Of a stretch of 64,000 nt of DNA, positions 36,912-48,499 are shown in pieces. A model generated the notes under the pieces. That model had not been told where the DNA came from, did not search any database, and saw nothing but the letters and a program-made list of their open reading frames with translations. Origin of the DNA: Octopus bimaculoides. Taxonomy: Eukaryota. How positions within the stretch are numbered: position 1 is the first letter of the stretch; each line of letters starts with the position of its first letter. The stretch spans positions 16,471,103 to 16,535,102 of the forward strand of contig NC_068990.1 of assembly GCF_001194135.2 (NCBI RefSeq), given 5' to 3'. The position numbers and the translations under genes were made by a program.

Positions 36912-37869
36912 GTAATGTAATAAGGCTTTCACATATTTTGTATTCTCATGATGCTCTGATTCCTAGAAATATCTTCATCTATAAATTGTTGTTTTGTTCT
37001 AAGATGCTCTGATTGAAGAGATCCATGATTAAAAGCATTTCATTTGTGAGCATCTCCACTGCTTCTTTTTGTCATAGTATATCCAGAGGTGTAGGGATGT
37101 AATGGCTGAATGGTTAAGAAGTTTGTTAGTCTTGTTTAGCTTCGTAGCTGTCACATCGTATTTTTAACCCCATGTGTAGAGTATGACTTGAAGATTTGAC
37201 TGTTATTTTTAGCAGCCAAGTGAACATATAAATTCTCTTAGGTCATTTTTGAAGTTTTTATTTCTATTTGTTACATGCAGTTAGGCTTTATGATGTAAAC
37301 TGAGGTGAGAACAATGTTTTTTTAACAGAAAGAAATAAGACATGACTAGTGAGAGGTGGCTGTCATCTCAACCAACCACATATGTACGCATACTAAAATA
37401 CACAAGCAAGGCTGTAATTAAAAAATTTGCTTCCCAACCACACTGTTTCAATTTCAGACCCACAGTGCAGCACATTAAGCAAGTACCTCCTATTATAGGC
37501 CCAAGCATCTAAAACCTTACAAGTGAGTTTGGTAAATGGAGACAAAGAAGTCCATCATATATTTTATAAATGTGTGTGTATACAATTGTGCTAAATGACA
37601 GATGCAAGCAGTGTTATAATTATTGTCATTTCTCCTGTCAACAACACATTCACTTGCTTTGCACCTTCAAAACCTGAAACGCAGGTAATATTTAAGGACC
37701 AGAAGATCATTGATCCAGCTGTAAGATCTAACTCTGCTAGAGTGTGGAAAAACAGACATAAAACAAACAAGCACATTCACTCATTATGCATGATTTGACA
37801 AATTAAACAAAAGCAATAAAGGACTTTCTACTTAATATTTCCTTAACCAATATCTGTGTTAATTTTCAG

Positions 37870-37992
37870 GCCTATGGTCAGACATTTATTCACGATGATT
37901 ATTTTCTCGCTATGACTGGTGCTCTGGGAAGCGTTGGTAATGCTATCTCCAGACTAATGTGGGGATTTATTGGTGATAAAATATCTTTCAAG
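37870..37992 (+). CDS. MFS transporter exon 8 (AYGQTFIHDDYFLAMTGALGSVGNAISRLMWGFIGDKISFK)
   Basis: TTTTCAG acceptor, GTAATT donor, phase 0; NxxxRxxWGxxxDK OFA-type motif. Confidence 0.93.
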
Positions 37993-39566
37993 GTAATTAC
38001 TTTCATTAATAATGACAAAATCTGTCTCCTCTTTGTCTTTTTGTGCTCTCTTTTATCTCTGTTGCTACTACTTCCAGGATCTCAAGTTTCATCAAAGTGG
38101 GTGGGTCTTATTAAGAACTGCATATTGTCAGTCTTTCCAGTCCTTTGTCATTTCCTCCATGATGTTCAATGTGTCGAGATCAGCCTTCCCCACTTCATCC
38201 CATGTTTTCCTGAGTCTCCCTTTTCTGCAAGCTCCATCCACATTAAGTGATCAGCACTTTAAACAGTTCTCATCCATGTGTATCATATGTCCATACCTAT
38301 TGTAAGAGGTTTACAAAGCAGTGTTTTGTTCACTGATAGTATGATGGCTAGAAATGGTCCTTCTTAGTTATGCAGTTGTGTGCACACACCCACACATTTT
38401 ATGAATAGCATACAAAGGTAAAACTGTGTGCAACACAAAGTTTGCAATACGAAATTGTTTGTTTTGTTTTTTTTTAATTGAAGACACTTACTTGCATGGA
38501 TGTGCTCATACTTTCAAAGAAAGGACAAAATTTTCATACACCCATTAGAAAAAAAATTAGAAGAAGTAATTATAGCACAGTATTAAGGTGATATGTGTCT
38601 CAAATTATGAGCAGTGCCATCTACATAGGAAACTCTGTAGTGAGTTGATTCATGAATAAAGATAAGAAGAGAAAGATGACCAAGATTCACAAAACACCTG
38701 CATTGATAAAGATGAAGTGAGAAAGAGCTTTGTGTAAACACTATGGATATGATAGAATGACCCGTTAGGAAAGATCTGATTTTAGGCAATGACTGATTGT
38801 TGAAAAGCTTGTTAGATCTTCAGCACATATGATCTAAAGCAGGGCTGGCCAACTTAAGGCCCATAGGCTGCATGCGGCCCACTTGATAATTTCTTGAAAT
38901 GGGTTTATTTAAACAAACATTTTAAAACTTTTATCAAAAATTAAAGATTGTAATGAAAAGTAAAAAAGAAAGATACTACTGTTTTTGCAATGATAATATT
39001 TCATGTTGAATCAATGATCGATCATTCATTCATTATTGTAATAATAGCATGAGAAAGCAAAATGCTTTCAATTTTAAGCAAACGAAAAGTATGAAAAACT
39101 CTTAATTCTGTAATTTGATTATTTGACTATTAGTGCATAAAGTATACAAGCAGCTCTCAAAAAGCTTTGTGATTAAAGTGACCCGCAATGTAATTCAAGT
39201 TGGCCAGGCCTGGTCTAAAGCTTTATTGATAACATAGGCAACTGCATTGCTTTTGCCAGTGTTCTCAAGAACTAGAGCATTGATGTGTGATATAGGATAA
39301 GATCTTCACTGGAACTGGCTCTACAGACATTCTACTAAAAGGCTGTTCAGAGAGATGAAAATCCACAGTGATAATAACAATAGTTAACAACTGATTCCAT
39401 ATTAGACAGAAAGAACTACAGACCAGTCATTCAGAAGACCAGAGAGCTTTTCTTTCTTTTGTATGGAACCTGACTAAGGAGTTATCATAGATTATATAAA
39501 GATTGCGTGTGTGTATATGTGTAGACAGGTGTATATATTAATTGTTTATAAACTTTTTTATTTTAG

Positions 39567-39776
39567 TGGGCCATGCTGATCTTGTCAATTATTCTCGCAG
39601 TTTTGCTGTGTAGTTTAAGCCTGACTGAACTGGGAGGCAAGTATATGTACAGTCTATGGGTCGTTCTTTTATACCTCACATTTCCTGGTACCTTTGCTCT
39701 ATTACCAGCAGCAACACATCGCTATTTTGGAAAGAGATATTATTTAATCATTTATGGAATGCTGTTCTCTACACAT
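39567..39776 (+). CDS. MFS transporter exon 9 (WAMLILSIILAVLL...FPGTFALLPAATHRYFGKRYYLIIYGMLFSTH)
   Basis: TTTTAG acceptor, GTAAGT donor, 210 nt in phase 0; GxFxxxPxxxxxxFG...YG motif. Confidence 0.93.
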
Positions 39777-40639
39777 GTAAGTAATTCTTTCATTTCTTTG
39801 ATGTAGTTCATGTTTACAAAGTTTCTCTCATTTCAGCTTGTGGCTTATAGTTTCATTTACATGCTGTCCTCCTGGAAATGAACATTGCTTGAATATGGCG
39901 ACAAGTTTACAACTATCCCATGATGTCAAGACAAGGATACATACAAACATATATTTACACACACATATATATATATATATATACAACGGGCTTCTTTCAA
40001 CTTTTTTTTTGTCAAATCCCTCTCACAAGACTTTGATCACCCTGGGGCTAGAGTAGAAGACACATGTCCAAAGTGTCATGCAAATAGTTGAGGAGAAAGA
40101 ATTTCAAACACACAGTCATGCCTGCACCCTAGCATAGGACAAAGTACCTTATGATATTTATTCCAAACAACATGGCTTGAGAGAGTTCTTTAGTCTTGCT
40201 GACACCCAAACAACGTCTGTAGTGTTAGTGCAATGAAAAATATACCCAGTACACTTTGCAAGTGGTTGGTGTTAGGAAATGCATCCAATTGTAGAAACCA
40301 TACCAAAACTGAGATATTGGAGCAAGACATGGTTCTCTGGCCTGTTGGATTCTATCAAATCACCCAACTTATACCAGCATAGAAAAATAGATGTAAAATG
40401 ACGGTGATTGTACACAGGTGTGTGTGTGTATGTGTGCTTCCTTGCTTAAGAAATTTTCTTCACAATTGTGTCTTTGACTGTAGTCTCAAATTGATGCAAA
40501 TCTTGTAAGCAGAACTGGATAGAATTGAAACTGTGGTACTGTGATGAATGCTTTCTACATGATCTTGAGTATTAGCTTTAAACCATTGTTTTATTTAATA
40601 CTACCACCTGGCCCTTGATACTTTTCACATGATCATGTG

Positions 40640-40890
40640 ACCGACCAGACTATTACATGTTGGTACATATTGCTGGTCAAAATGCACTTTGCATCATTTG
40701 AAAGATACCACCCCACTGGCTAGGCACGCAGGCCAACATTCGCCACTAATTGAAAGGGGAACTGGAGCAATGTGAAATGAGGTGTTTTGCTCAAGAACAT
40801 AATGTGCTGCCTGATCTTGGTGGCATGTTGGGAATTGAACCTACAATCTAGCAATCATGACTACAACACCTTAACCACTAAGCCATGTAC
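40640..40890 (-). mobile_element. SINE, CORE-like family
   Basis: GGAGCAATGTGAAATGAGGTGTTTTGCTCAAGAACA...GAATTGAACC...AACCACTAAG, colinear with 10440-10560. Confidence 0.6.
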
Positions 40891-41376
40891 CTTTGCTGAT
40901 GCTTTTAGTGAAGTCAAATCACACACACACACACCTACTGAGTATCACTTAGTTAAGGGAGCTTCTTTTTCTTTGTCTTGCAAGTTACTCAGCAACCACA
41001 AGTGCTGGTGACATGAAAAGAGTACCCAGTACACACTGTAAAGCATTAGGAAAGCCACCCAGCCATAGAAACCATGCCTAGGTTGATACAGGAACTCAAT
41101 GTAATTTCATTGGTTTGGATCTTGTTACACCATCTAATCCATACCAATATGGAAGATGGATGTTACATGATGTTGATGAAGAACTCAAGTATCCTAAAAG
41201 GTTTCTTGTCTAAAGACAACCTATAACTTTACTTTTTTTTTCTCCCCCAACCTACTAGTCTTGCAAAATTTTAATATTTCCTTTTTAACTTCTATGCCAT
41301 TAAAATGTATAAAATAATTAAAAATGAATAATAATCTGGATGAGGTTTATAATGATTCTCTTGCTTCTTTCTACAG

Positions 41377-41476
41377 ATAGTTAGTGGTTCAGTTGGATGT
41401 TTACTTGCAATCAAACTGAAACCAATTCTTGAATGGCATGGAATGTTCCTTCTCTCTGGTGCTATGGCAGCTGTTT
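41377..41476 (+). CDS. MFS transporter exon 10 (IVSGSVGCLLAIKLKPILEWHGMFLLSGAMAAV)
   Basis: CTACAG acceptor, GTAAGT donor, phase 0 to 1. Confidence 0.9.
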
Positions 41477-43361
41477 GTAAGTTTATCTATTCTCTATTGA
41501 TTCTTTTAAACCTTACACACAACAAAGAAAGCTTTACAATCATTACCATTTTAATTTCTTTTTCCCATGGCATCATGAAATTGAATGAGTCCACTGTATG
41601 AGATATCACCATTTGATATTGTATCATCTCATCAGTGAACACCTATCTTTGAAACCCAGTCTTTGGATACGAACAATGCACATATTATAACACTGATTTT
41701 TGTTTTCTTCATCTTGGCATGTGTGGATTGTTTCTATATACAACACTTTTTTATGTGTCTCAATATTTTATGTAATCTCATTCAAAGATGTGCAAATCAT
41801 ATCATTATGTAAAAATACATACACATTATTATTGTTTTAATGTCCACTTTTCCATGCTCGTATGAGTCGAATGATGTTTATTGAGTTAACCCTCAAATTT
41901 TCTATGAGAGATAACATTTCCCCATGGCCAGACATGTTTACACAGATATTAGAAATGAATGACAGGGATACTCATTTACAACAATTGTGTGGTGTCAAGA
42001 GAAGGAAACGCACGCACACATTCTCATAAATGATTAGTTTTTCAGTTTCTGTTTATGAAATCCACTCGAAATGCTTTGGTCAAGCTGGGACAATAGTAGA
42101 TGACACTTGCCTAAGGTGCTGTGCAGAGGGACTGACCCCCAAATCATGTGGTTGGAAAGCAAACTTCTTAACCACAAAGCTATACCTGCACCACATGGTT
42201 AGAAATTCCAACTTGGATAGCCATTGTATTTTCTCTCTCTACTTGGCTCAGTCTGTTCAGCTGACATCAAGTTCACTCTAATATCATGTTGGCAATTTAG
42301 AGAGATCCTATTGGTTTCCTCCAAATGAAGGTTCCAATTGTCCAATGCAAATATGCTCCATATGTTATAGTGTAAAGTGGCTGAGTATTCCACAGACACT
42401 TGTAAACTTATTGCAGTCTTTCAGTGTACTCACTGCAAAGAGAGAGGATGGAACACTTCAGTAGTGTAACATAGGTTTTGACTGCCCTATGTGGTTTGTA
42501 CACCCTATGCTATGCCACACCAATTGTCCAGTCATATAGCATGGATTTTTTCTATACCTACTTCCTTAAATGTAACATATTGTTGATCACAGCAAACATA
42601 AACTGGCTGTGTTGTGTGGTTCACATACCACAAGCCATGCCACTGGAATTCATTTTAGATGTAATGATGAATATACAACTTGTCTGGTAAATAGGATTGC
42701 CTACTGGATTATAGTGTGAGTAGTTGAGTATTCCACAGACATACAAGGCTGAGTCCTTTCAATTATACCTTCTCTCCCAAATACTTACAACGTTGCTTAA
42801 TGTGCCATATGTTAAACTGGGTGAAGGGTTACATCTACCACCTAAGGGTTTTTTAGTTTGATACCTTAGTTAAGCTTACCACTAAGAATATGGAAATTTA
42901 CGGTTAAAAAGTTAACTTCTTAACCTCTTTGCCATACACCCACATAATAGCAGAATGAAATCCTGCAGTAAAATGGCTTCCCCAGTTGCATGCAGATAAT
43001 CAAATCTGTAATAACCATCTGATTCAGGTTACACTAAAGAACTAACCATTGCCCATGAATGAGATTGGCTTGGTAACATGTACCTTGTTTTTGCTGGAAG
43101 AAGAGAGGTTCTCAAACTAGAAACCTGGCCTGAAAGCTTGCAATGGAGTGGATTCTGCTAAAAGTACCTATGTTGCCAGGTGTTAACAGATAACTGGTTA
43201 AGTATACAACCAAGTTAAATCTACCAATCATAATTATTGTTTTAACATCCACTTTTCCATGTTTGCATATGTTAAACAGAATTCATTGAGCCAGATTTAC
43301 TGCAGCAAGACATCCTTCCTGATACTAGGCCTCACCTTTCTGAACAAGGAAATATTTCCCC

Positions 43362-44060
43362 ATGACATATAAGAGGTGCAGCAGTATCAAAGAAAGGTTA
43401 ACAGGGAAGATAGATTTTGTGTGTGGAAGGTGCACTGGTATAATAAATACCAAAAACGTACAGAAAATACATTCCATCACATGCCAGAGGAGAAAACTAG
43501 AAGTAGTTGATAGCTTCAGTTACCTAGGTGACCAAATCAGCAGCAGGGGTGGATGCTCTGAGAGCATAGCTGCTAGAATAAGTTCAGAGAGCTCCTACCT
43601 CTGTTGGTAACAAAGGGCTCTTGCTAAATAAAAGGCAGACTGTATGATGCCTGTGTGCAAACAGCCATGCTACATGGCAGTGAAACATGAGCTGTAACTG
43701 CTGAGGACATGTGTAGGCTTGTAAGAAATGAAGCTAGTATGCTCTGCTGGATGTGTAATGTCAGTGTTCATGCACGACAGAGTATAAGTGTCTTGAGAGA
43801 AAAGTTGATATAAGAAGCATCAGATGTGGTGTGCAAGAGAGATGACTGCGTTGGTATGATCATGTGCTGCATATGGAAAAGGACAGCTGTGTGAAGTGTC
43901 ACACTCTAATGGTAGAGGGAACCTGTGGAAGAGGTAGACCTAGAAAGACATGGGATGAGGTGGTGAAGCATTTCAAATGTTGGGCCTCATAGAGGCAATG
44001 ACAAGCGACCGAGACCTTTGGAGATATGTCATGCTTGAGAAGACCCATCAAACCAAGTTA
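43362..44060 (+). mobile_element. RTE LINE fragment (second half of the PHD-like finger to the end of the ORF)
   Basis: YKRCSSIKERLTGKIDFVCGRCTG...KLEVVDSFSYLG; later GRGRPRKTWDEVVK. Confidence 0.8.
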
Positions 44061-44275
44061 GATCACAGTCATGGCCAATGCCAGTGTTGTTTTTCCTTGG
44101 TACACACTACCAGTGGAGCAGCCATGTTTACTCTGTCTGTAACACAAAGAAAACTGGAGCAATCATGGTCAAACCTCAGTTATTGTAACCACGAGTACCA
44201 CTTTTAGCACTGAAGGCAGTGTGGCCAACCTAAAGAAAGTTTTGGTGAAAGTGGGGGTAGTTTTCAACTTTGCCT

Positions 44276-44318
<43 letters not shown>

Positions 44319-45293
44319 NNNNNNNNNNNNNNNNNNNNNNNNNNNNNNNNNNNNNNNNNNNNNNNNNNNNNNNNNNNNNNNNNNNNNNNNNNNNNNNNNN
44401 NNNNNNNNNNNNNNNNNNNNNNNNNNNNNNNNNNNNNNNNNNNNNNNNNNNNNNNNNNNNNNNNNNNNNNNNNNNNNNNNNNNNNNNNNNNNNNNNNNNN
44501 NNNNNNNNNNNNNNNNNNNNNNNNNNNNNNNNNNNNNNNNNNNNNNNNNNNNNNNNNNNNNNNNNNNNNNNNNNNNNNNNNNNNNNNNNNNNNNNNNNNN
44601 NNNNNNNNNNNNNNNNNNNNNNNNNNNNNNNNNNNNNNNNNNNNNNNNNNNNNNNNNNNNNNNNNNNNNNNNNNNNNNNNNNNNNNNNNNNNNNNNNNNN
44701 NNNNNNNNNNNNNNNNNNNNNNNNNNNNNNNNNNNNNNNNNNNNNNNNNNNNNNNNNNNNNNNNNNNNNNNNNNNNNNNNNNNNNNNNNNNNNNNNNNNN
44801 NNNNNNNNNNNNNNNNNNNNNNNNNNNNNNNNNNNNNNNNNNNNNNNNNNNNNNNNNNNNNNNNNNNNNNNNNNNNNNNNNNNNNNNNNNNNNNNNNNNN
44901 NNNNNNNNNNNNNNNNNNNNNNNNNNNNNNNNNNNNNNNNNNNNNNNNNNNNNNNNNNNNNNNNNNNNNNNNNNNNNNNNNNNNNNNNNNNNNNNNNNNN
45001 NNNNNNNNNNNNNNNNNNNNNNNNNNNNNNNNNNNNNNNNNNNNNNNNNNNNNNNNNNNNNNNNNNNATAGTAAAGTAAGATACATCTAGGCCAGATTTT
45101 CTCTTATTGTTTCTTAGATTACGTTCCAAAATCTCCCATATAAATAATTAAAATCTAAAAAAATATAAACACCTATTGGCCACAGACACCCACGATATAC
45201 TGAGGAGTCTATGATATAAATTTACTTATATTAGCCAGAAAAATCTGTGATGTACTGAGTGCGCAATAGGTGAATCGCGATATGGCAAGGGAT

Positions 45294-45332
<39 letters not shown>

Positions 45333-46073
45333 CATGCAGTGAGACTGAATTTGAAACTACATGGTTGAGAAGCGAGATTCTTAGTCACACAGCTACGTAA
45401 CACACACATAACTCCATTATGTATCTATTACTGATAGGGCACATGTTTAATTGAAGTATGAGATAAAATGGTTGAAAAACACTTGTTTAAATCTATTGGA
45501 AGAGTAAGTAGAAGGGATAGTGAATATGTTCCTTATCATAACATTCCTTTTACGATAGTAGCACGAGTTAGATAAATCTGTAGTATGGCATTTCATCATT
45601 AGTCACCATACTTTATCACTTCTATTATCAACGTACATGCTATTTACATTCAACATTCATTATCTTTTTGCACCCTTGCAGTTGTCTCCCTTGCATATGC
45701 AGGCTGCTGTCTTTAACTCAATTAAATCCCTCAATACTTCACATCTTGTATATTCTACTCACGTTATTTCTTTTCAGCTTTCATGATTTTTTTCCTAGGC
45801 TAATATCTGGGTGTCACTACCATGCAGCATTTTACCATCTTTCTTACTCATGTTTTTGTCTCACAGTTTGCTTGTACAATATGCCTACAGCTATCCATAT
45901 ATTATACTATCTAAATCTGCAAAGGCTTATTTCAAAAGGTGTCAGCTGTTAACCATGATCCAAATTTTCTTGTGCCTGTCCTTACACTGAACAATTGCTT
46001 AAATTAATCCAGTGACATTCTGAAATGTATTTATCTAAGTGTTACTACATATGTATTTTTTCTATTTGTTTAG

Positions 46074-46120
46074 GTATGCTGTTCACTCTATTGTACAATG
46101 AGAAATGCAAAGAGAAGTAA
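46074..46120 (+). CDS. MFS transporter final coding exon 11 (CMLFTLLYNEKCKEK*)
   Basis: TTTGTTTAG acceptor, phase 1, TAA at 46118-46120. The spliced CDS totals 1416 nt = 471 aa + stop, with ~12 hydrophobic segments. Confidence 0.85.
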
Positions 46121-46585
46121 AATTATCAGAAAATTCTCTCCTCATTCCAATCATTCTCTAACATCTGCCAGTATGTTAAAATCTGGTATGCTATATGTAA
46201 CCTAATAATGGATTCCTCGTTAGGGTGATGTAATCATGTATATTGAGGTTATTTAAAAACTGGAAAAAAAAACCCTACTTGAGCCAGGGAAGAGAAAAAT
46301 GGTGAAAATTAAAATTGTGACAATCTCCCATGATATTCATGAGATTATTAAAACATATACAATTGAGAATGAAACTAGACGGTGCACAGAACTGGGATTA
46401 GTTAACACATAACAGGCTGAGACGAATATAATGAAAAAATAAAATATCATGACTAATTTAATCTTAAAGAAGTTTTAATTTTGTGGAGCTGTGATCAGAT
46501 AACCAAAATTACAACTACAATTCAATATTGACTGATAAATCTAATTCCTGTGTTGGTTTCATCTTAGTTTATGAATTGTATGTAC

Positions 46586-46591
46586 AATAAA
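46586..46591 (+). terminator. Probable polyadenylation signal of the MFS gene
   Basis: AATAAA ~470 nt after the stop, followed by U/GU-rich downstream sequence. Confidence 0.6.
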
Positions 46592-48499
46592 CTTCATTAA
46601 ATTTATTTTTTTGAGTTTCAACAGTGTTTGTGGTTTATGGTGGTTTTGTTGTTTATATTATTACAAATATTGATGACAGCATGATTATCTTCATTGGTAA
46701 TCTTTTATTAGGATAATACTTATTTAAAGGTTTCTAGTTCTGGGAGGCAGGTAAGAGACTTGCATGAGGTATCACATAGTAGGACTGAACATGAAATCAT
46801 GTGGTTGGGAAGCAAACTTTTTAACTCAAAAAGTTGTGCTTATGTGTATGACAATGAAGACAATTACTTACAAAAAAAAAAAACCTAAGCAATACTCTTA
46901 CATATTATTTTTTATAAATTTGTAACTTTAAAACAGTTCTTTTAAATTTCCATATAAAGTGTTCAAGTAAATTTTCCTTTTTATCTGTGTTAAGTGAAGT
47001 CAATATGATTCAGAACTACTGATCTGTCTTTTTCATTGTATAATTGCATTGCTAATCAAAATACAAATGTGAAAACTTAGTGAATATTCAAATTCAATTC
47101 ATTTTGTATATCTCAATCAATGTGTTTGGATGTGTTTGTGTGTAGGAGCAACTGAGAGGGAGATTTGTAAGTGTGTGTGGGTAAGCCAAAAATACTGTGA
47201 CATATACATATGTCTATAGGTATGGATTTGCTTGACAGAAAATGGAGCCAGTCATCTGCTTTTCCATGCTTTTGTGGGTATGACAGACTTCTTTCAGGCA
47301 AATTTTCTGCAAGCCAGATGCTGTTTCTATCAATAACCCTAACTTGTTTCTTAGTAAAGTAATATTTCCCAATGTTAGACATGTTTTCATGAGAGACTGG
47401 AAAGAAGGAACTCTGATTGTATGACTACAATACTTGTTTTTAGCTATCCTGTGACGTCAAGATATGGAAGCACAAACACATGCATTATGTATATATGGGC
47501 AATAGACTTCTTTCAGTTTCTGCTTACAAAATGCACTTACAAGGTTCTTGCCCAGAGTGACTAAGTTCCAAACCATATGGTTGAGAAGACAGCCAGATAT
47601 CAATCTAATATAATAAATGCGAAAACTAATTTCTGTGTGTCAGTGTGTCACACTTTGACCGCCTCTCTCACTATTCAATGACACTTCTTCATGCTGGTGT
47701 GAGAGTAATAGTAGGCATAGAGACAGTGAGGACGGTGGCGAAGACAGAGAGAAAGAAAGAAAGAAATTTAAGGAGAGTTGACGATGTTTCATTGAAAGTA
47801 GTAGTGTTTATGGTGGCAATGGGAGTAATAAGAGAGAGAGTGGGTATGTAAGAGAAAGAGGGAGATGATGTACAGCATACTGAACCAACTACTAAACACA
47901 ATCATTTTTGTTTTATTTTTTGCTTTCTTTAATACATGCATATGTGTGTGTGTGTGTGTGTGTGTACACACATACATACACCAGTTTGGAATCAGGCTGA
48001 CTCCCTGAGTAAATTAAAAACATTCTGGACCGAATCCGGACCAGCAATCCTGAAAATTTGGTTTCCTATGTTTTCATTACTGCGATTTTTATTTTTTAAA
48101 AATTTTTTTTTTAACATGATTTTTAGCAACGAATACGATCATCATTGGTATATGACTCTGGAGGAAGCAATTGCAACAATTTCTCCAAAACAAGTCAGAG
48201 GTCTGTTTGCAGATCTTCCCAAGCTACATACTAGCTTAAAAGCCGCCTGATAGGGCAGCTCTTAAGCTAATCCACACCAAAAATATGAGTAAGAATAGCA
48301 GCGAAGTACAGAGAAAAGAGAGTTGGGGCAAGAATGTCACCCTGCTTGACACCATTCTCTACAGGAATGGATCCTGCCATGCCACCACTAACTTTGACCC
48401 AAGCCTCCATCCCATCATGAAACACATTCAATAATTAAGTGCGAGTAAATGAGGCATTAAATTTAATTCAACAACAGAAAAAAAAAAGAATAACATATT

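Noticed and set aside
14059-46120. Recent horizontal transfer of a bacterial oxalate:formate antiporter
   Set aside because: Ten canonical introns, host-like composition, and OFA-like MFS proteins are known from other invertebrates and protists.
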